DNA of 64,000 nucleotides from Steroidobacteraceae bacterium (GCA_036498345.1 DASYFQ010000018.1:29842-93841), one strand, 5' to 3'; counted from the stretch's first letter, positions 1 through 10,264 are shown. Numbers and translations are program-made. Notes: a model not told the origin generated them from the sequence alone.

Positions 1-2
1 GT

Positions 3-224
3 TTTCGCGTCGGCGGAACTACCCGTGAGGTGGTAGCCGGAAAGGCCTGGGTGTTCGACGATACCATCGAGCATGAAGCTTGGAACGGGTCAGATATGCC
101 TCGCGCCATACTGATTTTCGATATCTGGAATCCATTCTTGAGCGAGGCCGAGCGGGATATGGTGCGCGCGGCCACCGAGGTAGTCGGCTCTTACTACCAT
201 CTCCCGGCGGAAGGGTTCACGTGA
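3..224 (+). CDS. Asp/Asn beta-hydroxylase (LpxO-like 2-OG oxygenase) family protein, C-terminal fragment; 5' end outside window
   Basis: ORF is open to the window start. The stretch KAWVFDDTIEHEAWNGSDMPRAILIFDIWNPFLSEAE matches the conserved C-terminal cupin core of Asp/Asn beta-hydroxylases. Confidence 0.6.
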   Translation, partial: FRVGGTTREVVAGKAWVFDDTIEHEAWNGSDMPRAILIFDIWNPFLSEAERDMVRAATEVVGSYYHLPAEGFT

Positions 225-769
225 ACCGGCAGAGTCCGGGGCGACGCGCCGCGTTGGCCGGCGCAATTCTGGGTGCGTGCGCCGTCGGCGCGGCCGCCGG
301 CAATGATTCCGCTGCCACCCTGGAGAACGCGCTCGCACATTGCGCCATGATCGCGGCCGGTGAGGCGCGCCTCGCCTGCTACGACGCACTCGTCAACAGC
401 CGCACGCGGAGCGTTTCCCCTTCATCGCCGGCCGCCGCTTCATCGCCGGCCGCCTCAGCCCCGCCAGCAGCGCCGCAGGCCTCACCGCCTCCGACGAAAG
501 AAGACTTCGGATTGAGTCCGGTCCAAAAGCAAAAAACTCATCCGCTTCAGAAACAAATCGAGTCGATCAAGGCGTCGGTCGCCGGATTAGGAACCTCCTC
601 GATCGGCCGCATGCTGCTGATACTCGATAGCGGACAGTCGTGGGAACTCGACAGCGCAGATCCGGTACTGGCGGTGGGCGACGCCATTACGATCCAACGC
701 GGCGCTTTGGGCTCGTTTCTTCTGACGACGCCGTCGGGGCGCACCCATCACGTTCGCCGCATCCACTGA
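221..769 (+). CDS. hypothetical secreted protein (Ala/Pro/Ser-rich linker)
   Basis: Lies in the frame of ORF 80..769. A GTG at 221 overlaps the upstream stop (GTGA). Has a signal-like AALAGAILGACAVGAAA, a PAAASSPAASAPPAAPQASPPP linker and a C-terminal domain of about 90 aa. No family recognised. Confidence 0.5.
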   Translation: MNRQSPGRRAALAGAILGACAVGAAAGNDSAATLENALAHCAMIAAGEARLACYDALVNSRTRSVSPSSPAAASSPAASAPPAAPQASPPPTKEDFGLSPVQKQKTHPLQKQIESIKASVAGLGTSSIGRMLLILDSGQSWELDSADPVLAVGDAITIQRGALGSFLLTTPSGRTHHVRRIH

Positions 770-882
770 TTGACGCGATGGGGGCGTTGACGCAGATGGC
801 GCCTGCGCGCCCTGCCGGAGCGCCACAAAAGAACGGCGGGCCGAGCCCGCCGTTCAGAATCACCGGAATGCGTGAATGGTGC

Positions 883-3800
883 TTAGAACTGCACCGTCGC
901 GTGCACGTACAGGTACCGTCCCAATACATCATACGTCTGCGCGAAGGTGTTGCCGTTGCAGGGGCCGGCAGCGCAGTTCCCTGATAAAACGGTCGGAGGG
1001 TCCTTGTCTAGCACATTGTTGGCTCCGAGGCGAATAGTGACATTCTTCGCTGCGGCAATCGCCGCCGACATATCGATGTAGCTGTAGTTCGATATGCTGT
1101 TGAACCCGGGGTAATTGGCACCGGGGTAGTAAAGATCAGGGCTTCCGTTACTCACGTCAACCTTGGTGGCCCCGAAGTAGCGCCAGCGCAGGTTGAAGTC
1201 GAGCCCCGACCACGGCGTTGCCCAATCCGCCGAGAACACATGGCGCCACTTCGGCAGCGGATTGCCGCAGGTCGAGCCCCACAAACCGGCGCAGTTGTAT
1301 GAAGGTGCTCCCGGTATCGGCGTTATGACGTTGTCGATTACATACGACCCTTCCAAGTTGAAGGCCAACTTACCCAGGCCATTCATATCCATGACGTAGT
1401 GAGTCTTGAGATCGACATCCCGCGTTGATATGACACCGACGTTCGCCGACGGCGTGCTCACAAAACCGCTCGAACTCAACCACAGCGAGCCGCTGGCGGA
1501 ACGATGAATCAGGCTGCAGGCCGCCGTAGCGTTGGTCAGCGCGCAGTCCGAAATGATCGCCGTGGCGGTACCCGTGGTACTTATGATGGCGTTGGTGATC
1601 TTAATGTCGTAGTAGTCAATCGATGCTGAGAAACCCCGGAGAAACGTCGGCTGGAACACGAAACCGAACGAAGTCGTATCGGCCTTTTCCGGCGTGAGAT
1701 TGGGATTGCCTCCCGACTGCGTGTTGATCTGAAACGACGAATTGACGGCCAGAGTCCCATACTGCGCCGGATTGAGGCCGGTTCTCGCGCACTCCGCCTG
1801 AGTGAGCGTCGGCGCCTTGCCCCAGCAAGGATCGAGCGTCCCGCCCGGGCCCACCGTTTGGACGGTGTACAACTCGCTGATATTGGGCACACGTACCGCG
1901 CGGTTGAAGCCGCCACGAAAGCGGATGTCGCTGACCGGCGCCCACTCGAGGCCCAGCTTGAACGTGTTGGTCTTGAACCCGAGATTGTAGCTCGAGTATC
2001 GATAGCCGCCTTCAAACGCCAATTGATCGGCTCCCGGGAGACCGTCCATGATCGGCAAGTTGAATTCCGTGAATACTTCCGCGGCATGAACTTGGCCCGA
2101 AATCGGCAGTACCGGTCCGGCCCCGCCTGAGGCTAGGCCCTGCTGGGTTGCATAATCCGGGTTGGTTGACGACGTATCTTCGCGCCACTCGGCACCCACG
2201 TTGAGCTGCATGCCGCTCTTGGCGGTCGGGAGCTGAAGGCCGTACTTTCCAAGATCGCCACTCACATCGGCATGGGCGACATATTCCGAGACGGTCCCTG
2301 TGCCACCGTTGGGAATGTTCAAGTAATTGAGCGCCGCTTGGGTTACGCCGCCAGGCACCCAAACGTTCCAGGGCACGCAAGCGGGATCAGTTTTATTGAT
2401 GACGGACACGCACGTCGGTTGGCCGTTGGGACCCGTCACGACGTCGAGCGCCTTCTGCATGGACGCGGTGGAAAAATAGTTCAGATTGTTGAAGATGGTC
2501 GTCACGTTGCTGTACTGAGCGGACGCATCGTATTTCCATGCCTCCGCGAAGTCGCCCTTGACGCCTAAGACGGTGCGGTAGGACTCGTTCGTGAACAACT
2601 CTTGGCGGCCGCCTCCCTCGACATTGCGTCGCAGGAGGTAGGCTACCTTAACCGAGTTGGCGCCAAAGGCCCCCGCCTGCGCAGCGATGTTCGCCGGGGA
2701 GCAAATCACGCTGAGTTCCTGCGCCGTCAACAGCGGGTTGCCGGGCAATCCGACTCCTGACGGTCCACAGTTGATGGTCGGGTTAGCCGTTCCGAAATCA
2801 CCGCCCGGCGCAAGCTGCGCCGTGGAGTTGTTTTTCATGAACATGAGTTCGGAGTACACCGTGGCGTGCTCGTTCACTTCGTAGTTCAGGAATGTGCCGG
2901 CAGTCCAACGCTCGTTCGGTCGCGTGTAGTAGTTGAGCGCACCGTAGTTGTAGACGTCACTCGGAGCGACCGCCCTGAACTGGCCGCTCTTCGGGTCGAC
3001 CGTGTTGTAAAACAGCTGCTGGGTGTAATCGGCGTTATAACCGTAAAAGGTGCCCCCGGCGTCGGTGTGGGAACCGCCGCAACTCACCTTGGTGTTCGTG
3101 GGGGACGTAATTTTACCGCCCATCGTGCACGCGCTGTAGTCGAAGGGCCTCTGCAGGACCGCCGCCTGGTTCGTGTAGGTCAAGTATCCCGTGGCGTTGC
3201 CCTTGCCGTCCGCGAAATTCGAACCGAGAAGAACCGCCAGGTCCTTGTTGAAGCCGCTGTCCACGCTGCCCATCAGCGGTCCGTCTCCGGCCGCGTTCAC
3301 GACCCCCGCAGCGAAGCCGTTGTGGTTACTGTGTTGGTACATGCCATAGTTGGCATCGATCTTCACGCCTTCAAAATGCGTGTTCAGGATGAAGTTGACC
3401 ACACCCGAGACCGCGTCCGCGCCGTAAGTGGCAGAGGCGCCTCCGGTCAGCACTTCGACTTTCTCGATGAGCTGCGCCGGAACCTGGTTGATATCCGAGG
3501 CATTGAGTCCCGTGGTACCGCCAGGCCCCAAGCGCCGGCCGTTGACCAGCACCAAGGTGCGTTGCGCACCCAGATCGTGCAAGTCGACCGTCGCCGTGCC
3601 GTCGGCGCCGTTCGACAAGTTGGCACCCTGGCCGGCAAACACTTGCGGAAGATTGTTGAGGATATCTTCGACGCGCGTTAAGCCCGTCGATTGAATATCG
3701 GTTGCGGTTACGGTCGTGACCGGGCTGATCGACACCAGATTGGTCGACTTGATGCGCGACCCGGTGACTACTACTTCTTCCAAACCCGTCGACGGCACTT

Positions 3801-3912
3801 CATTGGACGCGGTTTGCGCGGTCTGCGCTTGCGACAGCGGGATGGACGCGGACGCCGCCGCGAGCGCTAGCGCAGCACGGACTGCTAGCCGCAATTTAAC
3901 GTTGTTCCCCAT
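883..3912 (-). CDS. TonB-dependent receptor
   Basis: 1009 aa with a signal peptide, plug region EEVVVTGSRIK...TTVTATDIQSTGLTRVEDILN, a long barrel and the C-terminal aromatic terminus YVHATVQF. Confidence 0.9.
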   Translation of the reverse strand: MGNNVKLRLAVRAALALAAASASIPLSQAQTAQTASNEVPSTGLEEVVVTGSRIKSTNLVSISPVTTVTATDIQSTGLTRVEDILNNLPQVFAGQGANLSNGADGTATVDLHDLGAQRTLVLVNGRRLGPGGTTGLNASDINQVPAQLIEKVEVLTGGASATYGADAVSGVVNFILNTHFEGVKIDANYGMYQHSNHNGFAAGVVNAAGDGPLMGSVDSGFNKDLAVLLGSNFADGKGNATGYLTYTNQAAVLQRPFDYSACTMGGKITSPTNTKVSCGGSHTDAGGTFYGYNADYTQQLFYNTVDPKSGQFRAVAPSDVYNYGALNYYTRPNERWTAGTFLNYEVNEHATVYSELMFMKNNSTAQLAPGGDFGTANPTINCGPSGVGLPGNPLLTAQELSVICSPANIAAQAGAFGANSVKVAYLLRRNVEGGGRQELFTNESYRTVLGVKGDFAEAWKYDASAQYSNVTTIFNNLNYFSTASMQKALDVVTGPNGQPTCVSVINKTDPACVPWNVWVPGGVTQAALNYLNIPNGGTGTVSEYVAHADVSGDLGKYGLQLPTAKSGMQLNVGAEWREDTSSTNPDYATQQGLASGGAGPVLPISGQVHAAEVFTEFNLPIMDGLPGADQLAFEGGYRYSSYNLGFKTNTFKLGLEWAPVSDIRFRGGFNRAVRVPNISELYTVQTVGPGGTLDPCWGKAPTLTQAECARTGLNPAQYGTLAVNSSFQINTQSGGNPNLTPEKADTTSFGFVFQPTFLRGFSASIDYYDIKITNAIISTTGTATAIISDCALTNATAACSLIHRSASGSLWLSSSGFVSTPSANVGVISTRDVDLKTHYVMDMNGLGKLAFNLEGSYVIDNVITPIPGAPSYNCAGLWGSTCGNPLPKWRHVFSADWATPWSGLDFNLRWRYFGATKVDVSNGSPDLYYPGANYPGFNSISNYSYIDMSAAIAAAKNVTIRLGANNVLDKDPPTVLSGNCAAGPCNGNTFAQTYDVLGRYLYVHATVQF

Positions 3913-4388
3913 TTGTTGCTCCCTAACGATGAAACGGTGAGTTCAGTAAAGCCGGCTGAATCGCCCGATATTCAGAACTTTTTCGATGACGTCCAGTCGG
4001 AGATATGTTGCGATTACACCATGCAAAGTGGGTGTTGCCAAGGCGCCTCAACATCTAAAACTAGGCAGCCGTACCAAAATGTGCTCATTCCGACCAAAAA
4101 AGCGCCCGCGGACGGGCACGCGCGAACGGGCACGATTGGCCTAGTGCCGCCTCGCCTCTCCCAGCTGCCTGAAGCAAGTTAACGATATCAGGGAATTCTC
4201 TAGTCAAATCGTGAGGGTTCGGCAATGCCGTCCAACACGCGCGTCTCACGCGTCACGGGCCTTCGGGTGCTGTTCCGATGTTCCGCGAAGCGACGTTCGC
4301 CAGATGGAGGCCCGGAGCCGATCATTCAAAAAAGCCGCAATTTGTGAAAGCGCCCCTTGTTGTGTTTTAACAACAGGCAATTGGCTCC

Positions 4389-5894
4389 CTACCGAGCGGG
4401 TGACGGGTGGTAAAGATAGTCGCGCAAAGCGCTCACCTGCCGTTCATAGTGCCGGCTTCGTCCGGACGAGCGTCGATACAGGGGTTCCCGGACCTGCCAG
4501 ACACTGGCCGTCTTGATCGCGCGCCCAGCCTGCGGCACCGACAGACAACGCTCATCCCAGTCGAGCCCTAAAAACGCCAGCAATTGCTCCATTGCGGGCT
4601 TGGGTTCCTTGACCAAGGCATCGTAGTTCACGTCCAGAATATCCGCGCCAAAGAGCATCTTCCAATGAGCCATTAGACGCCGGTACATGAGGTAGTAATG
4701 CCCGATATCCATCAGATCGAGCGCGTAGCTCATGCCCTGATCCAGATGCAGAAAATAAATGGACAGACAGTTGTCGAGCGGGTCCCGGGTCGGGTGGACG
4801 ATCTTCGCATCCGGAAACAGCAACTTTATCAGCCCTATATAGAGGAAATTGTCGGGACGCTTGTCGGTTACCCATCCCGCCTCCGGGAAGAGGTCGTGCA
4901 GGGTGCCGAGATATTCTGCTGCGAGCGCCTGCAGACGTGGCGGGGACATCGATGCGATCGACTCGGGAAAAGGCGCGAGAGTGGTTTGCACGGTCCGCGG
5001 CAGGAAATCGAGTTCACCGCCCGCCATCACCAGCGGATGACCCGCGATGAGTTGCTCGACCAGGGTTGAACCGGAGCGAAACATCCCGCAGACGAATATC
5101 GGGCGGGGCGGCGCGGGTTGCGGCAAGATTGCGAGGGGTCGCTCAGCGATCGGCGCGGCAGGAAAAGCGGCGGTCAATCGTTCGATGAATCGCTCCTCGA
5201 GCGCAAGGTCGTAGTCGCGAAAGGCAGGTCCGGCACTCTCACGGCTATGGCGATTTGCCGCCCGGTAGGCCTCGAACGCCGCGTCATAGGCTTCACAGCC
5301 GTCGAGTGCTCGACCGAGTGCGAATCCGAGGCTCGCGCGGTCCGCGGTGCTAGTGCCTGGCTTCGTGAGTACCGCTCGCAGCCGCCCGATCATGGGATCA
5401 TCGAGAGTCGAGAACGTCTTCAGCCCCGCGTAGCGGGCGAGGACCTGCGGATCCTCGGGAGCGAGCGCCAGCAGCCGTTCATACACGGCCGCCGCAAGAT
5501 CCCGACGGCCAAGATCCTCATGGAGATTCGCCAGATTGACGAGCGCCGGAAGGTATACAGGGTTCAGTGCGAGGGCTTTCTCGAGTTCACGCTCCGCCGC
5601 ACCGTACTGGCGCAGGCAGTCACTGTAGATGACCCCGCGATTGAGATGCACCTCTTCAGGCTGCGGGACGCCCCGCTCGAGCGCCTCCTCGTAGGAGGCA
5701 AGCGCCGCGGCAAACTCTCCCGTTTGGCGCTGAAGCCTGGCGAGGTTGTACCAGCAATTGACCAACCCGGGCCAGTTGGCCAGCAGGCGTTCGTAGGCTG
5801 CAATGGCCTCGGGAATCTGCCCCTGATGCTCGAGCCGCTCTGCTTCGCTCAGCATCGCTTCGCAAGTCCCCATCAAATTCATGGCGATCCACAT
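4389..5894 (-). CDS. TPR-repeat sulfotransferase family protein
   Basis: N-terminal TPR repeats (AIAAYERLLANWPG, ALASYEEALERG). C-terminal sulfotransferase fold with the PAPS-binding loop FVCGMFRSGSTLVEQL. Confidence 0.8.
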   Translation of the reverse strand: MWIAMNLMGTCEAMLSEAERLEHQGQIPEAIAAYERLLANWPGLVNCWYNLARLQRQTGEFAAALASYEEALERGVPQPEEVHLNRGVIYSDCLRQYGAAERELEKALALNPVYLPALVNLANLHEDLGRRDLAAAVYERLLALAPEDPQVLARYAGLKTFSTLDDPMIGRLRAVLTKPGTSTADRASLGFALGRALDGCEAYDAAFEAYRAANRHSRESAGPAFRDYDLALEERFIERLTAAFPAAPIAERPLAILPQPAPPRPIFVCGMFRSGSTLVEQLIAGHPLVMAGGELDFLPRTVQTTLAPFPESIASMSPPRLQALAAEYLGTLHDLFPEAGWVTDKRPDNFLYIGLIKLLFPDAKIVHPTRDPLDNCLSIYFLHLDQGMSYALDLMDIGHYYLMYRRLMAHWKMLFGADILDVNYDALVKEPKPAMEQLLAFLGLDWDERCLSVPQAGRAIKTASVWQVREPLYRRSSGRSRHYERQVSALRDYLYHPSPAR

Positions 5895-5924
5895 CCCCGG
5901 AAAAAACGCGTTACTGGCACCTGT

Positions 5925-8252
5925 TCAGCATACTTCTGATCGACCAACGCCATTGTCAAGTTCCTTCAGCCTCAGCAGCGGGCCAATGAAAGGCTCGTAG
6001 TTGCGCCAGCGTTCAACGGACGATTTGTCGATGATTTGCCGCACCTGCCACCGACTTCGAGTGACGACGGCACGATTTGTCTGGTTGAATCCAATGCAAC
6101 GGCTATCCCACGGTAGGCCGACGAATTCCACCATTTTGCGGCTCCATGCTTCTTGGTTGGCAACCAGCCCTTCATAAGGCACTTCCATCATCGCGTGCTT
6201 GGGCAGCAATGAGTTCCAGTGCTTCATGAGCCGCAAGTATTCGTTGTAGTAGTGGGCCAGGTCCTCGAAATCGTTGGCATAGGAATGAGCCAAGTCAAAA
6301 TTTTGGAAGTAGGCAGATAGGCAGGTATCGATCGGGTTGCGCCGCATGTGGATGATACGGGCGTTCGGCAACGCCGCGTGAATCAGACCCAAAAAGAGAA
6401 AATTGGCAGGCATCTTGTCGACCACGCGCACCGCTCCAGGCGACAAATCTTCCAGTTGCCGCAGATAATCCAAGCCAAGCCTGCCTATCAAGCGTTCTCG
6501 GGACCCGACGTCGAGCGTCGAGGATTCATAGTTCGCCGATGCCTGGCTCCAAAACGCCAGTTCGCCGGCGCCGAATACCGCGGGATGCGAGGCAAGAATC
6601 TGCTCCGCGAGCGAAGTGCCGGAGCGCGGCATCCCGACAATGAATACCGGACGCGCCGAGGCGGTCGCGGCGCCCCGTGCCTGGCTCATCCATTGGCGGT
6701 CATAGTGTTGAACCGTGAGACTCACCGCCTGCGCCAGATGCCGCCTGTCGTGTTTCGCGGTGCACAGCTTCGTCAGCTCATTCGCGCGCCGGTAATTCGC
6801 GAATGCCTGCGCGTAATCGTGCACGTCATCGAAATATTTTCCGATTGCATATCGCAGATGAACTTCTTGTCGCGGCGGCAGACGCTGGCTCGCAATTCGC
6901 TGGGCTTCGGTCAACCAGGCCGAGTCGTTCGCTGTCATTTTGCGTAAGCCGGCGATGCCCGCCCAAGCTTCCGCCGAATCCGGTTCAATCGCGATGGCAC
7001 GCTTGAACAGCTCTTCCGCTTCTGCAAACTGTCCCTTATCCGCCTGCAATTCCGCCAGGAGCACGATCGCCGCGGGCAAGTCCGGAGCAATTTCACGCGC
7101 GTTTCGGCAACTTGCCTCGGCTTCCACCATGCGGTTTTGCAGCCGTAGAACGACCCCGAGATTGCTGTGGGCCTCGGCGTAATCCGGATTGACCGCCAAT
7201 GCTTGCCGAAAACAGGCCTCCGCGTCGCCGATCCTTCCTAGATCTCGTAATGCACCTCCCAAATTGCAGTGCGCCACCGCGAAATGGGGCTCGATCTCGA
7301 GCACCCGGCGGTAGCTGGCCGTCGCGGCATCGTACTGCCCAAGGTCTCGCAACGCATTGCCGAAATTAATGCCTGCGGCGGCGAAGTCGGGCTGAATCTC
7401 GAGCGCTCGTCGATGGCTTGCGACAGCGTCATCGAACTGTCCGAGGCCTCGCAACGCGTTGCCCAAGTTGGTGTGAGCAGCGGCGAAATCGGGCTTGATC
7501 TCGAGCGCTCGTCGAAGGTGCGCCACCGCCTCGTGCGGCCGCCCGAGTTGAAGTAACACATTGCCGAGGTTGCTATGCGTCTCGGCAACATCGGGCGCGA
7601 TCTCGAGGGCCTTGCGGAAGCTCGCCGTGGCGGCATCCGGCTGTCCGAGGTCGTTCAACGCACTACCTAGGTTGCCGTGCGCGTCCGCGAGATCGGGATC
7701 AATCTCGAGCGCCCGGCGGTAGTTCACCACCGCGGCATCGAGTTGTCCGCGACTCCCTACCACGCCCCCCAATGCGACGTGCGCAATGGCGAAATCAGGC
7801 CTGATGCTGAGCGCCCGTCGATAGCAGCCCTCCGCATCCTCAAGGCGTCCCGCAACTCGCATCGCATTGCCCAAGTTAAAGTGAGACTCAGCGTCGTCCG
7901 GCAACAGCGTCGCAGTCTTTTCAAGGGCGTGCAGAGCCTCTTTGCCTTGCATCCCAAGGGAGACGCCTAAAAACTTCCAGACAATCCCCGAATTCGGATG
8001 TTGGACCAAGAGTTCGCGCGCCCTTCGTTCAACTTCGTGATACCGCTGGGCGCGCATGTCGGTCACGAGCTGGCTCACGTCAGCCTGCGCCGGTATCGTC
8101 GACCGGCCGGGTATGGTTCGCGAGTTCGGGCCGGCGTTTTTGGCCTCGGAACGCGTATCAGGCGCTTCCGATCGAATATGCCCACAGCATTTCTTGAATT
8201 TTCTCCCGCTACCGCAAGGGCATGAATCGTTTCTTCCCGTTTTCAAATTCAC
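5925..8252 (-). CDS. SEC-C motif / TPR-repeat / sulfotransferase fusion protein
   Basis: N-terminal SecA-type zinc motif CPCGSGRKFKKCCG, about 11 consecutive 34-aa TPRs, and a C-terminal sulfotransferase with PAPS loop FIVGMPRSGTSLAEQIL. Ends 30 nt upstream of the next sulfotransferase gene. Confidence 0.8.
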   Translation of the reverse strand: MNLKTGRNDSCPCGSGRKFKKCCGHIRSEAPDTRSEAKNAGPNSRTIPGRSTIPAQADVSQLVTDMRAQRYHEVERRARELLVQHPNSGIVWKFLGVSLGMQGKEALHALEKTATLLPDDAESHFNLGNAMRVAGRLEDAEGCYRRALSIRPDFAIAHVALGGVVGSRGQLDAAVVNYRRALEIDPDLADAHGNLGSALNDLGQPDAATASFRKALEIAPDVAETHSNLGNVLLQLGRPHEAVAHLRRALEIKPDFAAAHTNLGNALRGLGQFDDAVASHRRALEIQPDFAAAGINFGNALRDLGQYDAATASYRRVLEIEPHFAVAHCNLGGALRDLGRIGDAEACFRQALAVNPDYAEAHSNLGVVLRLQNRMVEAEASCRNAREIAPDLPAAIVLLAELQADKGQFAEAEELFKRAIAIEPDSAEAWAGIAGLRKMTANDSAWLTEAQRIASQRLPPRQEVHLRYAIGKYFDDVHDYAQAFANYRRANELTKLCTAKHDRRHLAQAVSLTVQHYDRQWMSQARGAATASARPVFIVGMPRSGTSLAEQILASHPAVFGAGELAFWSQASANYESSTLDVGSRERLIGRLGLDYLRQLEDLSPGAVRVVDKMPANFLFLGLIHAALPNARIIHMRRNPIDTCLSAYFQNFDLAHSYANDFEDLAHYYNEYLRLMKHWNSLLPKHAMMEVPYEGLVANQEAWSRKMVEFVGLPWDSRCIGFNQTNRAVVTRSRWQVRQIIDKSSVERWRNYEPFIGPLLRLKELDNGVGRSEVC

Positions 8253-8591
8253 ATCCTCGATTGTTTACAGTCGATGCGGTCCGGATCGAAGATACTGATA
8301 CGTCGCGGCGATAGCGAGATCAAAGCCGACGGCAGTGAACGGAGGGATCTGGAGGGGCCGACAGTGCGCGATACAACACTAATATGATCAATGGGTTATC
8401 TAATTTTAAGCCGACTCCGCCGGGCGAAAATCACCCCGCGTTGAGCGCTCCGCGCGCGGCGTAAACGCTCGTTTGGAACCTGCACGCGTTTCTGGAGGAG
8501 GATCGGCGCCAATCAACGAAACAACGCTTGACCGGCGCGCAATCCTATTCATGAGGGATGGTTCGGATAAGCTGCGGGTTTGGATGCCAAT

Positions 8592-8981
8592 ATGGACAAA
8601 AACATGAAAAATCAGTCATTTGCGCAGCGGTTTGGCTACGCGGTCGGCGGGCTTCGCACGGCGTTTCGGACCGAAGCGAGTTTTCGCACCCAACTGCTGC
8701 TGGCCGTCGTGGCGGCCGTGACGCTGGCCTGGGTGCGTCCGCCCTGGGTGTGGGTCGCGCTGTGCATCGTCTCGGCGGCGGCCGTGCTAGCGGCGGAGCT
8801 CGTGAACACCTCCCTCGAACACCTGGCGGATCGGCTGCACCCCGAGCAGCACCCGACCATCCGGGCGGCCAAGGACTGCGCCGCCGCCGCCGTCCTGCTG
8901 GCTTCCATTGCCGCCGTGATCATCGGCGTCCTGGCCTTGGCCGTCGGCCTCCATCTGTTGAATCCTCCAACCATCGAATAA
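8592..8981 (+). CDS. dgkA: diacylglycerol kinase
   Basis: Small 3-TM protein. FAQRFGYAVGGLRTAFRTEASFRTQL and ELVNTSLEHLADRLHPE resemble prokaryotic DgkA. Start is ambiguous (TTG 8580, ATG 8592 or ATG 8604). Confidence 0.75.
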   Translation: MDKNMKNQSFAQRFGYAVGGLRTAFRTEASFRTQLLLAVVAAVTLAWVRPPWVWVALCIVSAAAVLAAELVNTSLEHLADRLHPEQHPTIRAAKDCAAAAVLLASIAAVIIGVLALAVGLHLLNPPTIE

Positions 8982-9082
8982 GACATAAGCTCATATAATT
9001 GAGTAATAATCTCCCCGTTGGCCGGGTCTTTGTAGGGGAGCAGCAATATCGCTGCGTTCAATAACAAATTGAGGAATCAATC

Positions 9083-9349
9083 ATGCAGATCAATAAATTG
9101 TCGAACGCGGCGATGGCTGCTGCCGCCGCGATGTTGTTCACGTCCGGACTGGCGAGCGTGTCGGTGGCGGCAGATGCCTCCACCGCAAAGGTCCACTGTA
9201 CGGGCGTGAATTCCTGTAAGGGTACGTCCGAATGCAAGTCGGCGAAGAATAGCTGCAAGGGCATGAACAGCTGCAAGGGCATGGGCTGGGTATCGCTGTC
9301 GAAGGCCGATTGCGAAGCCGCCAAATCCAAGGCCAAGGCCGACAAGTAA
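9083..9349 (+). CDS. Cys-rich secreted RiPP precursor, bufferin (BufA)-like
   Basis: 88 aa. GAGGA Shine-Dalgarno about 8 nt upstream. Sec-type leader ending SVSVAA. Core has 6 Cys, including three NSCKG repeats. Sits directly upstream of the DUF692 and DUF2063 genes. Confidence 0.75.
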   Translation: MQINKLSNAAMAAAAAMLFTSGLASVSVAADASTAKVHCTGVNSCKGTSECKSAKNSCKGMNSCKGMGWVSLSKADCEAAKSKAKADK

Positions 9350-9366
9350 GCCGTATCGGGCTCAAC

Positions 9367-9404
9367 GATCGGGGTCGGGCGCGGCCTAGCGCCCAATCCC
9401 GATC
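9367..9404 (+). terminator. intercistronic stem-loop between precursor and modification genes (possible attenuator or partial terminator)
   Basis: Arms GATCGGGGTCGGGCGC and GCGCCCAATCCCGATC pair at 14 of 16 positions around a 6-nt loop (GGCCTA). No U-tract follows. Confidence 0.5.
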
Positions 9405-9439
9405 TCCGTGGCCCGATCTTCGCGCCCGAGCGCCCATAC

Positions 9440-10264
9440 ATGCAACTGGCCGGTTTCGGTCTCGGTCTGCGAACCCCGCACTACGAGGCCGTGCTCAACG
9501 AGCCTCACGCCATTGATTGGCTCGAAGTCATAACCGAAAACTATCTGGTGCCCGGCGGCAAGCCGCTTCACTACTTGGAGCGGATACGCGAGCGCTTCCC
9601 GCTGGTCATGCATGGCGTATCGCTGTCAATCGGCAGCACCGATCCCCTCGACGTCGACTACCTGGCCCAAGTTCGGGCGCTGGCGGCGCGCATCGAACCG
9701 CATTGGATATCCGATCATCTCTGTTGGACCGGTGTCGACGGAAGCAACCTGCACGATCTCCTGCCGCTTCCCTATACCGAAGAAGCACTGGCCTCGGTGG
9801 TCGCGCGGGTCGGTCAAGTCCAAGACGCGCTTGGGAGGCGGATCTTGCTGGAAAACGTGTCCAGCTATCTCGCCTTCCACGAATCCGACATGAGCGAATG
9901 GGAATTCTTGCGCGAGGTGGCGCAGCGCGCGGACTGCGACATTTTGCTCGACATCAATAACATCTACGTGAGCAGCGTCAATCACGGCTTCGATGCATCG
10001 ACCTACCTCGAGGCAATGCCCAAAGACCGGGTTCGTCAATTCCATCTCGCCGGCCACAGTGATCTCGGCGGCCATCTCATCGACACTCACGACCATCCGA
10101 TCGTCGAACCGGTCTGGAATCTCTACCGCGCAGCCGTCGCGCAATTCGGTGCGGTGCCGACCATGATCGAGCGCGACGACAACATTCCGGCGTTGGGCGA
10201 ACTGGTGGCGGAGCTGCAAACGGCCCGCGACCTCAGCCGTAGTTGCGCTCAGCGGGCGGCGTGA
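9440..10264 (+). CDS. DUF692 / MbnB-type multinuclear non-heme iron oxidase (MNIO), BufB-like
   Basis: [11 protein letters not shown]...[12 protein letters not shown]-terminus, plus TIM-barrel ligand-type motifs MHG, SDH, LENV, DINN, HLAGH, DTHDH and ERDD. Confidence 0.85.
   Translation: MQLAGFGLGLRTPHYEAVLNEPHAIDWLEVITENYLVPGGKPLHYLERIRERFPLVMHGVSLSIGSTDPLDVDYLAQVRALAARIEPHWISDHLCWTGVDGSNLHDLLPLPYTEEALASVVARVGQVQDALGRRILLENVSSYLAFHESDMSEWEFLREVAQRADCDILLDINNIYVSSVNHGFDASTYLEAMPKDRVRQFHLAGHSDLGGHLIDTHDHPIVEPVWNLYRAAVAQFGAVPTMIERDDNIPALGELVAELQTARDLSRSCAQRAA

Noticed and set aside
3913-4388. 476-nt lower-GC leader upstream of the 1009-aa TonB receptor, as a possible riboswitch (for example cobalamin)
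   Set aside because: I could not find a B12-box or any other riboswitch core on the minus strand. It may simply be a promoter and 5'-UTR region. A covariance-model scan would settle this.
7294-7709. Exact 102-bp periodicity of ATCTCGAG (five copies), resembling a tandem DNA repeat
   Set aside because: The period equals one 34-aa TPR unit (the ALEI.PD motif) inside the SEC-C/TPR/sulfotransferase gene. It is a coding repeat, not an independent repeat element or CRISPR-like array.
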